From positions 2,304,001 through 2,368,000 of the forward strand of contig OZ245002.1 in NCBI GenBank assembly GCA_965223415.1: a stretch of DNA of 64,000 nt. Direction: 5' to 3'. Every line of letters begins with the position of its first letter. Position 1 is the first letter of the stretch. The notes below the pieces were generated by a model. It searched no databases. It worked only from the letters and a program-made list of their open reading frames with translations, and was not told the DNA's origin. The position numbers and the translations under genes were made by a program. Below, one piece after another: positions 29,031 to 38,881 of the stretch. Source of the stretch: Myxococcota bacterium (lineage in GTDB: Bacteria > Myxococcota_A > UBA9160 > UBA6930).

Positions 29031-30149
29031 ATGGACCTGGCCTTCACCGAAGAGCAGCAGGCGCTGCGCGATCTGGCTCGCGATCTGTGCGAGGACCTCT
29101 GCCCCCTCGAGACGGTCCGGGCGATGGAGAGCGACCCGAAGGGGGTGCCCGAGGCGCTCTGGAAGCAGCTCGGCGAGCTGGGCCTCCTGGGCCTGCTCGT
29201 GCCCGAGGCCTTCGGCGGCGCCGGCCAGGGGATCCTCGACGCGGTCGTCCTCCACGAGGAGCTGGGGCGGGCCCTGGCGCCCGTGCCCGCCTTCGAGAGC
29301 GGCGTCGTCGGCGTCTCGGCCTTGCTCGCGGCCGGGAGCGAGGCGCAGCAGGGGGAGTGGCTGCCCCGGATCGCCTCCGGCGAGGCGATCCTCGCACCGG
29401 CCTGGCTCGAGCCCGGCGGCGGCTTCGGCGCCCGGGGCGTGCGCCTGCGCGCCGAACGCGCGGGCGATGGCTGGGTGCTCGACGGGGCCAAGCGCCACGT
29501 GCCCTTCGCGAGCAGCGCGACGCGGCTGCTCGTACTGGCCCGCAGCGGCGAGGCGGACGAGGAGGTGACGGCCTTCCTCGTCGATCCGGCGGCGCTCTCG
29601 CCCCGCCGGGTGGAGAGCCTCGGCTCCGACAGCCAGTTCGACGTCGCCTTCGACGGTGTCGCGGTCTCCGACGCCGATCGCCTGGGCGAGGTCGGCGCGG
29701 GCTGGCGGCTGTGGGAGCACGTCATGCACGACGCGATCGTCGTGCTTGCGGCTCGCGCGATGGGTGGCGCGCGCCGCGCCCTGGAGATGACGGTCCAGTA
29801 CGCCAAGGACCGCAAGCAGTTCGACAAGCCCCTGGGCGCCTTCCAGGCGATTTCCCATTACCTGGCGGACGCCCTGACGGCGATCGACGGTGGCACCACC
29901 CTCGTCTACGAGGCGGCCTGGGCGCGGGACCGGGGAAAGGACGTGGCGAGGCTCGCGCCGATGGCCAAGCTCTTCGCCTGCGACACCTTCCGCGACGTCA
30001 CGGCCACCTGCCAGCAGGTGTGGGGAGGCGTCGGCTTCACCATCGAGTACGACATCCAGCTCTTCTTCCGCAGGGCAAAACAGCTGCAGATCACCTGGTG
30101 GGACGCGAAGTTCCTGAAGGAACGGATCGCAGCCGACGTCCTCGACTGA
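29031..30149 (+). CDS. Acyl-CoA dehydrogenase (short-partner type)
   Basis: Motifs MDLAFTEEQ, RKQFDKPLGAFQAI and QVWGGVGFTIEYD. Confidence 0.9.
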   Translation: MDLAFTEEQQALRDLARDLCEDLCPLETVRAMESDPKGVPEALWKQLGELGLLGLLVPEAFGGAGQGILDAVVLHEELGRALAPVPAFESGVVGVSALLAAGSEAQQGEWLPRIASGEAILAPAWLEPGGGFGARGVRLRAERAGDGWVLDGAKRHVPFASSATRLLVLARSGEADEEVTAFLVDPAALSPRRVESLGSDSQFDVAFDGVAVSDADRLGEVGAGWRLWEHVMHDAIVVLAARAMGGARRALEMTVQYAKDRKQFDKPLGAFQAISHYLADALTAIDGGTTLVYEAAWARDRGKDVARLAPMAKLFACDTFRDVTATCQQVWGGVGFTIEYDIQLFFRRAKQLQITWWDAKFLKERIAADVLD

Positions 30150-30160
30150 CAGGAGTTCCC

Positions 30161-31405
30161 ATGCCCCATACCACCCCGCCCCTCGGCAGCCTGCGCGTGA
30201 TCGAGAGCTCGCTGCTCGGTCCCGGCGCCATCGGAACCCACCTGGCCGATCTCGGCGCCGAGGTGATCAAGGTCGAGTCGCCGTCCGGCGACTACATCCG
30301 CGAGATGACCTGGCCGATCATCGACGGCGTCTCGCTGCTGCACCTGCACGTGCACCGCGGGAAGAAGAGCATCACCCTCGACCTGCGCACGCCGGAGGGG
30401 GTGGACATCTACAAGGATCTCGTGCGCGGTGCCGACGTGGTGATCGAGGCGATGCGCCCCGGCGCCCTGGCCCGGCGCGGCCTCGGCTACGACGACCTGA
30501 AGCAGGTCAACCCGAAGATCGTCTTCTGCAACATCTCCGGCTACGGCGCCACGGGCCCCTACCGGGACCTCCCTTCCCACGGCATCGCCTTCGATACCTG
30601 GGGCGGCGTGGTGAAGGCCGAGGTCGACGAGGAGGGCTTCAGCGTCATCCCCGAGCACGCCTCGATCGGCATGCACGCTGGGCCGATGTTCGGCGCCCTG
30701 GGCATCCTGGCGGCGGTGATCCGCGCGCGAGAGACCAGCGAGGGCTGCGAGCTCGAGATCGGCCAGTCCGACTCCACCGCCTACATGGACTGGTATCGGA
30801 TCGAGTCCTGGATGGCCTACGAGCGCCCCGAGGACGTGGTCACCGGCAACAAGGCCGACGACTACGTGCGCCGCGCCCCCGGCACGGCGGGGATGAAGGA
30901 GGGCGTGCGTTACCAGATGTACGAGTCCTCCGATGGGCACGTGCTGTTCATGGCCTCCGAGCAGGCTTTCTGGAAGAACTTCTGCGAGTGCATCGGACGG
31001 CCCGAGCTGTTCGAGAAGTGGCCGGGCTCGAAATTCGCGGATCACGCGCGCGGGAACCGGGAGCTGCAGGCCATCCTGCGCGACGTGTTCAGAACGAAGA
31101 CCTCGGAAGAGTGGATCCGCCTGGGCGACGAGCAGGAGTTCCCGATCGCACCGGTCAACACCCCGAAGACGATCGCCGAGGACCCGCAGTTCCAAGAGCG
31201 CTTCCCGCTCTACCCCCACAAGGACCACGGGGCCGACATGCTGCCCTTCCCGGTGAAGTACCCGGGTGAGACCCTGCCGGCCCCGAGCTGGGCCCCGACC
31301 GTCGGCCAGCACACCGACCAGGTGATGACGAAGGTGCTGGGCTACGACGCCGACCGGCTGGCTCAGCTCCGCGAGAACGGCGCCTTCGGCAAGCCGAAGG
31401 CCTGA
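30161..31405 (+). CDS. CaiB/BaiF family III CoA-transferase
   Basis: AGGAG RBS. Motifs LADLGAEVIKVE, RGKKSITLDL, EAMRPG and SGYGATGP. Confidence 0.92.
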   Translation: MPHTTPPLGSLRVIESSLLGPGAIGTHLADLGAEVIKVESPSGDYIREMTWPIIDGVSLLHLHVHRGKKSITLDLRTPEGVDIYKDLVRGADVVIEAMRPGALARRGLGYDDLKQVNPKIVFCNISGYGATGPYRDLPSHGIAFDTWGGVVKAEVDEEGFSVIPEHASIGMHAGPMFGALGILAAVIRARETSEGCELEIGQSDSTAYMDWYRIESWMAYERPEDVVTGNKADDYVRRAPGTAGMKEGVRYQMYESSDGHVLFMASEQAFWKNFCECIGRPELFEKWPGSKFADHARGNRELQAILRDVFRTKTSEEWIRLGDEQEFPIAPVNTPKTIAEDPQFQERFPLYPHKDHGADMLPFPVKYPGETLPAPSWAPTVGQHTDQVMTKVLGYDADRLAQLRENGAFGKPKA

Positions 31406-31409
31406 GCCC

Positions 31410-31769
31410 GTGCCCGTCGGGCTCCGCATCGCCTCCGCCGTGATGACGGCCGTCTTCCTGCTCTCGGTCGCCGTCCAGTGGAACGATCCGGACCCGCTCT
31501 TCTGGATGACCGTCTACGGGTTGGCCGCCGCGCTCGCTGCGCTCGGCGCGGCGGGCCGCGTTCCCTTCGCGCCGAACGCGGCGGCCCTGGCGCTGTTCGC
31601 CGGCCTCCTGCTCGCGTGGCTGCCCAGCCTGGCCGAGAGCCGCCGCGAGGCCTTCATCTCCTTCGAGATGAAGGCCCCCGAAGACGAAGCGCCCCGCGAG
31701 ACCGGCGGCCTCTTCCTCTGCGCCCTCTGGTCCGCAGTGCTCACCCACCGGGCCCGGCTCTTGCGTTAG
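31410..31769 (+). CDS. Transmembrane 220 family-like protein
   Basis: Motifs VQWNDPDP-W-Y and RETGGL. The stop codon lies inside a repeat unit. Confidence 0.8.
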   Translation: MPVGLRIASAVMTAVFLLSVAVQWNDPDPLFWMTVYGLAAALAALGAAGRVPFAPNAAALALFAGLLLAWLPSLAESRREAFISFEMKAPEDEAPRETGGLFLCALWSAVLTHRARLLR

Positions 31770-31832
31770 AGGCCGGTTCCGTTCCTTGCGTTGCCGGTGT
31801 TGAGTTGGGGACCGGTTCCGTTTGTTAAGTTG
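31759..31832 (-). repeat. Two tandem 35-bp family A units
   Basis: Reverse complement of 31798-31832 is CAACTTAACAAACGGAACCGGTCCCCAACTCAACA. Reverse complement of 31759-31793 is CAACGCAAGGAACGGAACCGGCCTCTAACGCAAGA. Confidence 0.85.
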
Positions 31833-33399
31833 TCTCGAAGAGCTCGCGGAGCCGCGGCTTGACGACCTTGTTCATTGCGTTTCGGGGCAGCGCGTCGACG
31901 AAACGGATGGCCTCCGGGACCTTGTAGCGCGCGAGCCTCTCCCGCGTGTGCTCGCGGAGGGCCTCCTCGTCCGGGGTTTCGCCGGGCAGGGGCTGGACGA
32001 CGGCCACGACGCGTTCGCCCAGGCGCTCGTCGGGCACGCCGAGGACGGCAGCGGCGGCGACCGCCGGGTGGGCACCGAGCACGCGCTCCACCTCGGCCGG
32101 GTACACGTTGGCGCCGCCGCGGAGAATCAGCTCGTTGCGTCGCCCGCGGACGGTGAGGTTGCCCTCCGCGTCGAGGAAGCCCAGGTCGCCCGTGTGGTAG
32201 CGTCCGCCGCGTAGCGCCTCGGCCGTGGCCTCGGGCTTGCCCCAGTAGCCGAGCATCGGCGTGTACACCCCGGCCAGCCGACCGTCGTCGGCGGCACGCA
32301 CGCAGATCTCGCCCACCTCGTCGGCCGGGAGCAGGCGGTCGTCCTCGTCCACGATCTCGAGCGTCACCTGGGGGATCGCCTTGCCGCACAGGCCGGGCTC
32401 CGGCGTTCCCTCGCACACGTGCCAGGAGACCGCGGTGGGCGCCTCGGTCATGCCGTAGCCGATCGTGACCGGCCGCTGGAAGCGCTCGCGGTAGAGCTTC
32501 ACCAGGGTGGGCGGGACGTCCGCGCCGCCGACCCCCGGATGGGTGAGGCTGGCGAGGTCGTCCTCGCCGACCTCCGGGTGGGTCATCAGATCGTGCACGA
32601 TCGTCGGCACGGCGTCGAAGGAGTTGACGCGCTCCTCGCGGATCCACTCGGCGAGCCCGAGAGGATCGATGCGGTCGATGCACACGCAGCAGGCGCCGGC
32701 CAGGAACGACTTCACGGGGCCGAGGATCATCAGGTTCAGGATCGTGAGGGGTAGCACCACGCCGCCCCGCACCGCCGCCTTCCGTCCGCCGACGAGCTGC
32801 GTCGCCGCCCCGGGCAGCAGGATGTTGTGCTGGCTGTGGACAGCGCCCTTCGGGAAGCCGGTCGTGCCGCTGGTGTAGGCGATGGCGGCGGGGCCAAAGG
32901 GATCGACCTCCACGTCCTCGAGGGGCCCGGACGCCTGCTTCGACACCTCGGCCCGCCAGGCGTCGAGTGGCACCAGGGGAACGCCGCTCCCCTCCGAGAC
33001 CAGGTGGCCCTCCCGCTCCTCCGGTGCCAGGTAGATCCGCGCGCCGCTGTCGTCGAGGATGTAGGCCTTCTCCGGCGGGGCGAGGGGCCGGTTCACACCC
33101 ACCCAGATCGCGCCGAGGCGCTGGCTCGCCAGGAACGCGACCACGATGTCGACGTCGTTGGGCAGGCAGGCGGCGACGCGATCGCCGCGCTCGACGCCCG
33201 CCGCGCGCAGCACCCGGGCCGCACGGTTCACCTCCGCGTCCAGCTCCCCGTAGCTGTAGCGGCCGCTGCGCCCGACCAAGGCGTCGCGATCCGGGCCCGT
33301 CGCGCAGGGGGGCGCCAGCAGCCCGGCGACGCTCTGGGGGCCGCCACCGGGGATCTCGGGTCGGCGTTCGGAGACCCGCAGGCCGCGATCGCCGTCCAC
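31825..33399 (-). CDS. AMP-binding acyl-CoA synthetase
   Basis: Motifs YTSGTTGFPKG, GYGMTE, HTGDLG, RGGANVYPAEVE and ARYKVP. Confidence 0.92.
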   Translation of the reverse strand: MDGDRGLRVSERRPEIPGGGPQSVAGLLAPPCATGPDRDALVGRSGRYSYGELDAEVNRAARVLRAAGVERGDRVAACLPNDVDIVVAFLASQRLGAIWVGVNRPLAPPEKAYILDDSGARIYLAPEEREGHLVSEGSGVPLVPLDAWRAEVSKQASGPLEDVEVDPFGPAAIAYTSGTTGFPKGAVHSQHNILLPGAATQLVGGRKAAVRGGVVLPLTILNLMILGPVKSFLAGACCVCIDRIDPLGLAEWIREERVNSFDAVPTIVHDLMTHPEVGEDDLASLTHPGVGGADVPPTLVKLYRERFQRPVTIGYGMTEAPTAVSWHVCEGTPEPGLCGKAIPQVTLEIVDEDDRLLPADEVGEICVRAADDGRLAGVYTPMLGYWGKPEATAEALRGGRYHTGDLGFLDAEGNLTVRGRRNELILRGGANVYPAEVERVLGAHPAVAAAAVLGVPDERLGERVVAVVQPLPGETPDEEALREHTRERLARYKVPEAIRFVDALPRNAMNKVVKPRLRELFETT

Positions 33400-33402
33400 G
33401 GG

Positions 33403-34413
33403 TCAGCTCTCCTTGGCGGCGGCGATCACCTCGCGCACGGCGTCCGGATCGGTCTCGTTGTAGAGCATCAGGGTCGTGCGGTCGGCGAAGCCGGCGTTGC
33501 GCTCGCGCAGCTTGCGTCCGGCCTCCGCCGGGGTGCCGCTCACGGCCAGCGTGTCGAAGAGCTCGTCGTCGATGCGCGTGATCATCTCCAGCCACTTGCC
33601 TTCCTTGGACATGCGGTTCAGCTCGGGCTGGAGCTCCTCGTAGCCGTGATGCTCGAGGACGCCCTTGTAGGCGGGCGTGGAGCCGTAGAAGGAGATCTGT
33701 CCCTTCGCCTTCTGGCGGGCGGTGGCGATCTCCTCGTCGTTGGCACCGATCGCGACGACGGTCTGGCAGGAGATCTCGAAGTCCTTGCGGGCGCGACCGC
33801 CCGTGGCGAGGCCGCGCTCGAGGGCGGGAAGGGTCTCGGCCCCCAGGAAGGCCGGCGAGTGGAAGGGGTGCACGAAGAACCCGTCCGCCACCTCGCCGAC
33901 CACCTCGACCATCTTCGGGCCGACGCCGGCGACGAAGATGCGGGGCGTGCCGTAGGGGTTCTTGCCCGGCACGAAGGCGGGGATCATCAGGGTGTGGGTG
34001 TAGAACTCGCCCCGGAAGTCCAGGCGCTCGCCTTCGGACCAGCAGCGCCAGATCGCGCGGATCGCCTGGACGAACTCGCGCATGCGCGCAGCGGGCTTCG
34101 ACCAGGGCTGGCTGAAGCGCCGCTCGATGTGCGGGCGGATCTGGGTCCCGAGGCCCAGGATGAAGCGGCCGCGCGTGAGCTCCTGCAGGTCGTGGCCAAT
34201 GTTGGCGCACACCATGGGGTTGCGTGCGAAGGCGACGGCGATGGCGGTGCCCAGCTCGAGCCGCTCCGTGGCCTGGGAGGCCAGCACCAGAGGGAAGAAG
34301 GGATCGTGGGGCCCCTCGAAGCTCCACCCCCCGTCGAAGCCCTGGGCTTCGAGGCGCTTCGCCGCTTCCGCGGCCTCCAGTGCGGGGACCATCAATCCGG
34401 CGTCGATCTTCAT
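33403..34413 (-). CDS. LLM-class F420-dependent oxidoreductase (TIGR03617-like)
   Basis: Motifs EGPHDPF, AIAVAFARNPM, LGLGTQIRPHIERRF and FYGSTPAY. Confidence 0.9.
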   Translation of the reverse strand: MKIDAGLMVPALEAAEAAKRLEAQGFDGGWSFEGPHDPFFPLVLASQATERLELGTAIAVAFARNPMVCANIGHDLQELTRGRFILGLGTQIRPHIERRFSQPWSKPAARMREFVQAIRAIWRCWSEGERLDFRGEFYTHTLMIPAFVPGKNPYGTPRIFVAGVGPKMVEVVGEVADGFFVHPFHSPAFLGAETLPALERGLATGGRARKDFEISCQTVVAIGANDEEIATARQKAKGQISFYGSTPAYKGVLEHHGYEELQPELNRMSKEGKWLEMITRIDDELFDTLAVSGTPAEAGRKLRERNAGFADRTTLMLYNETDPDAVREVIAAAKES

Positions 34414-35053
34414 GGCATTGGAGGGTACACGAGGCCCCTCCAGAGCTCCTCCCAGAGTGCGGCGGAGCGGGCCTCGACCGTGGCGGATGTCTCGATCGCC
34501 CACGCACGGACGGCTTCTCCTTCGTCGATGGAGAGCGCGAGGCGCGGCCTTCGGCCGAGCACGCGGGCGACGCGCTCCCCGACGAACACCGGATCCCGGT
34601 AGCCCTCGGCGAGGCCGAGCTCCTCGATCCGCGCACAGGTGCGGGAGAGCAGGCGCGCCTGCGTCGGGCGCCGGTAGCTGCACGAGGGCTCGACCCGCGG
34701 CGCCTCGGCGAGGGCCTCGCCGTAGGCGCGAGGGACGCCGTGGCGGCGTACCCAGGCGCCGTCGAGGAGCAGCTCGGTGCCGATGTGGGCGACCGCTCGG
34801 GCCGGCCCGCGGCGCACGCCCGCCTCTGCGAGTCGCGCACAGGCCTCGAGCACCAGGGCACCGAAGGTCGGCGCAGCGTGGAAGGCCGCATCCGTGGCGT
34901 GATGGAGCGCGATCCCGGCCGCTACCTGCGCGTCGTCCACCGAGGCCAGACGAGCGCCCGCCATGGCGGCGAGATCCGGAGCATGGCTCCGAGCACGAAG
35001 GCGGGACCTCTTCGCTCCCGGCTGGCGACGACGGCATGGCCGAGGAAGTTCAC
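34410..35053 (-). pseudogene. AcpH/DUF479-like (ACP phosphodiesterase-like) protein with a 1-bp frameshift near 34979
   Basis: MNFLGHAVVA...FVLGAML is in one frame and PDLAAMAG...GIALHHATDAAFH...AHIGTELLLD in another. One extra C (CTCCCG) restores GAMLPD. Confidence 0.75.
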
Positions 35054-35081
35054 GGCGGGATTCTGGCATAGCTTCTCTCCG

Positions 35082-35549
35082 ATGGTTCGTGTCACGATCG
35101 TCGGCCCGGAACGCTTCGCCGAGTGCCTGGCCCTGCGCATGGAGGTCTTCGTCGAGGAGCAGAAGGTCCCCCGGGACGAGGAGGAGGACGGGCTCGATCC
35201 CGAGTGCACGCACTTCCTCGCGACGGCCGGTGGCGAGGCGATCGGCACGGCGCGGCTCCGGCTCCTGCGCGGCGACGGCAAGGCCGAGCGCGTCGCCGTG
35301 CGCGCGGCCGCCCGCGGCCGCGGCATCGGCCGCGCCCTGATGGAAGCGCTGGAGGCCGAGGCGCTGCGCCTCGGCGCCGAGGCGGTCCACCTGAACGCCC
35401 AGCTCGCCGCCATCCCGTTCTACGAGGCCCTCGGCTACACCGCCCGCGGCCCCGAATTCCTCGACGCCGGCATCCCCCACCGCGCCATGACGAAGCAACG
35501 CAACAAACGGAACCGGCCCCAAGACCAACACGGCGATAACGTCGAGGTC
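35082..35549 (+). CDS. GNAT N-acetyltransferase (ElaA/YjcF-like); no stop codon, reads in frame into the next gene
   Basis: Motifs LRMEVFVEEQKVP, IGTARL, RGRGIG, LNAQ, FYEALGY and FLDAGIPH. Confidence 0.85.
35496..35530 (+). repeat. Dispersed repeat family A copy inside the GNAT-phosphotransferase junction
   Basis: CAACGCAACAAACGGAACCGGCCCCAAGACCAACA. Confidence 0.8.
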
Positions 35550-36599
35550 ATGGGGCTCATCGACACCGAGGCGCTCGCCCGCTGGATGGACGCGCAGCGG
35601 CTTCCCGGCGCCGGCGAGCCGCTCGAGGCGCGTCCCGTCGGTGGCGGGGCTTCGAACGAGCTCTTCGAGATCCGACGGGGCAACGTGCGCATGGCCCTGC
35701 GGCGACCGCCGCGGATCGTTCCCAAGGGCCGCAACGAGACCATGCAGCGCGAGTACCGGGTGATCGCCGCGCTCGCCGACAGCGGTGTCCCCCATACCCG
35801 GGCCATCGCGAGCTGCGACGACACCTCGGTGCTCGGCGCCTGCTTCTACCTGATGGACTTCGTCGACGGCTGGTCGCCGATGGCGCACCTGAACCGCTGG
35901 CCCGAGCCCTTTCACTCGGATCTCTCGCTGCGTCCGGGGCTGGCCTTCGAGCTGGTCGACGCGATCGCGAAGCTCGGGAACGTCGACTGGCGCGCTCGCG
36001 GCCTCGAGGGCTTCGGCCGGCCCGAGGGCTTCCACGAGCGCCAGGTCGACCGTTGGCTGGCCCACCTCGAGGCGTTTCGCTTCCGGGAGATCCCGGGCCT
36101 CGACGTCGCCGCGGAGTGGCTGCGTCGCCACAAGCCGCGGACCTACGAGCCCGGCATCCTGCACGGGGACTACCAGTTCGCGAACGTCATGTTCCAGCAC
36201 GGCGCGCCGGCCCGCATGGCGGCCGTCGTCGACTGGGAGATGGCGACGGTGGGCGATCCGCTGCTCGATCTCGCCTGGGTCGTCATGGGCTGGCCGGACG
36301 AGGGCGAGGATCGGGCCGGCAGCGGCTACGTCGACTACACCGGCATGCCGAACCGCGCCGGGCTCCTCGAGCGCTACGCGTCGGTGAGCGGGAGGCCGGT
36401 GGAGGACATCGACTACTACGTCGTGCTCGCCCGCTTCAAGATGGCCGTCGTCCTCGAGGGGGGCTACGCGCGCTACGTCACCGGCGGCGCCGAGAACCCG
36501 AAGATGGAGGCCTTCGGCCCGATCGTGCTCCAGATGGCGGAGCGCGCCGCCGAGCTCGCCCGCCAGTCGACCCTGCCGCCCCGATCCACGGTCGGATGA
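35550..36599 (+). CDS. Phosphotransferase (APH / ACAD10-N-like) family protein
   Basis: GAGG then ATG. Motifs GGASN, LRRPP, REYRV, HGDYQFAN and DWEMATVGDPLLDL. Confidence 0.9.
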   Translation: MGLIDTEALARWMDAQRLPGAGEPLEARPVGGGASNELFEIRRGNVRMALRRPPRIVPKGRNETMQREYRVIAALADSGVPHTRAIASCDDTSVLGACFYLMDFVDGWSPMAHLNRWPEPFHSDLSLRPGLAFELVDAIAKLGNVDWRARGLEGFGRPEGFHERQVDRWLAHLEAFRFREIPGLDVAAEWLRRHKPRTYEPGILHGDYQFANVMFQHGAPARMAAVVDWEMATVGDPLLDLAWVVMGWPDEGEDRAGSGYVDYTGMPNRAGLLERYASVSGRPVEDIDYYVVLARFKMAVVLEGGYARYVTGGAENPKMEAFGPIVLQMAERAAELARQSTLPPRSTVG

Positions 36600-37408
36600 C
36601 CAGCCAAGGCCACAAGCGGGGCGACTACTCGGCGAGGGGACGTCCCTTCGAAGAGGAGCGCCAGCGTCTGCGCCAGCTGGCGGCGTCGATGAACGAAGAG
36701 AGCCAGGATGTCATCCGTCGCCTCGGCATCGCCCCGGGCTGGCGCTGCCTGGAGGTCGGCGCCGCCGAGGGCTCGATGTCCCGCTGGATGGCCGAGCAGA
36801 TCGGCCTCTCGGGCCGCGTGCTCGCCTGCGACATCGATACGCGCTTTCTCGCCGACCTGGCCCTGCGCCAGGTCGAGGTGCGGGAGCTCGACGTCCGCAG
36901 CGACGAGCTCGGCGAAGAGGGCTTCGACCTCGCCTACTGCCGCACCGTCCTCCTGCACCTGCCGGACCCGACGGCGGCGCTCGCGAAGATGCGAGACGCC
37001 CTGGTGTCCGGTGGCTGGCTGTTCGCCCAGGAGCCCGACGTCTGCATCAACCAGCCCGCCGATCCGGACCATCCGGACGCCGCGCTCTTCGAAGGGCTCC
37101 ACCGGCGGGTCTATGACACCATGCGGGAGAAGAAGCTCTACGACACCAGGCTCGGGCGCACGCTTCCCGACACCTTCGCCCGGCTCGGCCTCCGCGAGAT
37201 CGGCGTCGAGGCCCGCGCCGCCTTCGAGCACGGCGGGAGTCCCGCCTCGGAGGCCCAGCGGCTCACCCTGGAGGCGATGGCGTCCCGGCTGGTCCGCAAG
37301 GGCGTGGTGACCGGGGCGGAGCTCGCTCGGGTGGGAGAGCTGCTCGCGGATCCCAGCTTTGCCTACCTGACCGGGCTGCGGGTCTTCATCTGGGGGCGGC
37401 GGGCCTAG
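36596..37408 (+). CDS. Class I SAM-dependent methyltransferase
   Basis: ATGA overlap. Motifs CLEVGAAEG, DID and VLLHLPD. Confidence 0.85.
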   Translation: MTSQGHKRGDYSARGRPFEEERQRLRQLAASMNEESQDVIRRLGIAPGWRCLEVGAAEGSMSRWMAEQIGLSGRVLACDIDTRFLADLALRQVEVRELDVRSDELGEEGFDLAYCRTVLLHLPDPTAALAKMRDALVSGGWLFAQEPDVCINQPADPDHPDAALFEGLHRRVYDTMREKKLYDTRLGRTLPDTFARLGLREIGVEARAAFEHGGSPASEAQRLTLEAMASRLVRKGVVTGAELARVGELLADPSFAYLTGLRVFIWGRRA

Positions 37409-37495
37409 CCTGCAGTCCCCTCTCTGCATGCCGCATCGCGACTGCGGCGGGAGGTGTCAAACCTGTGTGAAAGCCCGCCGGGGATGTCGCTGGCG

Positions 37496-37511
37496 CGGTA
37501 CGGTCCTTGCT
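37496..37511 (+). promoter_or_regulatory. Putative sigma54 (-24/-12) promoter
   Basis: CGGTAC-GGTCC-TTGCT has exact GG-N10-GC spacing, 40 nt upstream of the P450 ATG. Confidence 0.55.
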
Positions 37512-37550
37512 AATGGAAGAGCGGGACCCGCGCGCCCCCGGGAGCCTTCC

Positions 37551-38843
37551 ATGAGCCTCCTCCACCGCATCGAGAACCGCATGCTCGGCCTCCGCCTCGC
37601 GGCGCCGTCCCTGGTCGGCTTCGCCCGGGAGCGCCTCGAGAGCGGCATCGTCTTCAATCCGCTTCGCCGGGACCTCCGCGTCGATCCCTATCCTTTCTAC
37701 CGCGAGCTGCGCGAGCGCTCGCCGCGCCACCGGGCGCGCGGGGCCCAGGGATGGGCGTTCACCCGCTACGACGACATCCTGGGCGTGCTCAGCGATCGCA
37801 GCTTCTCCTCCGACGAGCGACACATGCGTCGCTACCCGCTCCTCGCCCGCCGGCGGGAGCTGGCGGGATTGCCGGACATGTACGCCGCCGGCATCGCCTC
37901 GATGCTGCGGCTCGATCCTCCCGATCACACGCGGCTGCGCGGGCTCGTGAGCAAGGCGTTCACGCCGCGCAATGTGGAGGCGATGCGGCCTCGCATCCAC
38001 GAGCTGGCCGACGAGCTGCTCGCCGGCCATCGGCCCGGCGGGCGCCTCCAGCTGGTGCGCGATTTCGCAGCGCCTCTGCCCGTGATCGTCATCGCCGAGA
38101 TGCTAGGCGTGCCGAGCGCCGATCGGGACCGCTTCCATCGCTGGTCCGACGAGGCGGTGCGCACCCTCGGCGGCGCCACCATCGAAGACCAACGCCGTTC
38201 CTGGCTGGCCATGCAGGCGATGGGCGACTACTTCGAGGAGAAGATCGAGGAGCGCCGTGCCGAGCCCCGCGACGACCTGCTCTCCCATCTGGTCGCCGCC
38301 GAGGACGGAGGCGAGCGTCTCTCGAACGACGAGCTCTTCGCCACCCTCGTGCTGCTCCTCGTCGCGGGCAACGAGACCACGACGAAGCTCATCGCCAACG
38401 CCACCCTCGCCCTCCTCCGCCATCCCGAGCAGCTCGAGATCCTGCGCAAGGAGCCGGCGCGGGTTGCCGCCGCCGTCGAGGAGCTGCTCCGCTACGACAG
38501 CCCGGTGCAGCTCACCTCCCGGATGGTGACCGAGGATCGGCTCTATCGCGGCTGCACCATGCGCCGCGGTGAGCAGGTGGTGCTCCTGCTCGGCGCCGGC
38601 AATCGGGATCCCGAGCGCTTCGCGAATCCCGATCGGCTCGACGTCGAGCGGGAGGACGTGCGGCACCTGTCCTTCAGCCACGGCCTCCATTTCTGTCTCG
38701 GCGCCCAGCTCGCCCGTCTCGAGGGGGCCCTGGCCCTCGAGGCCCTGGTCACGCGTTTCACGGGCCTGGCCCTCGCCGGCGAAGTGCACTGGGGCGACAA
38801 CCCGGTCCTCCGCGGTCCCCTCGAGGTGCCCCTCGAGCTGTAG
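37551..38843 (+). CDS. Cytochrome P450
   Basis: Motifs LDPPDHTRLR, AGNETT, EELLR and the heme motif FSHGLHFCLG. Confidence 0.95.
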   Translation: MSLLHRIENRMLGLRLAAPSLVGFARERLESGIVFNPLRRDLRVDPYPFYRELRERSPRHRARGAQGWAFTRYDDILGVLSDRSFSSDERHMRRYPLLARRRELAGLPDMYAAGIASMLRLDPPDHTRLRGLVSKAFTPRNVEAMRPRIHELADELLAGHRPGGRLQLVRDFAAPLPVIVIAEMLGVPSADRDRFHRWSDEAVRTLGGATIEDQRRSWLAMQAMGDYFEEKIEERRAEPRDDLLSHLVAAEDGGERLSNDELFATLVLLLVAGNETTTKLIANATLALLRHPEQLEILRKEPARVAAAVEELLRYDSPVQLTSRMVTEDRLYRGCTMRRGEQVVLLLGAGNRDPERFANPDRLDVEREDVRHLSFSHGLHFCLGAQLARLEGALALEALVTRFTGLALAGEVHWGDNPVLRGPLEVPLEL

Positions 38844-38881
38844 CGGAGATATCATCCGCTCCTCACGGTGAGGAGAGCGGA

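Noticed and set aside
28475..30160. 976-aa ORF suggesting a giant CoA-transferase (similarly 48940-51792 and 61919-63997)
   Set aside because: The upstream portions overlap other real genes. Internal starts explain the recognisable domains.
31759..31832. Tandem 35-bp units as a mini CRISPR array
   Set aside because: Only two divergent units separated by 4 nt, with no spacers and no cas genes. The units belong to a dispersed family.
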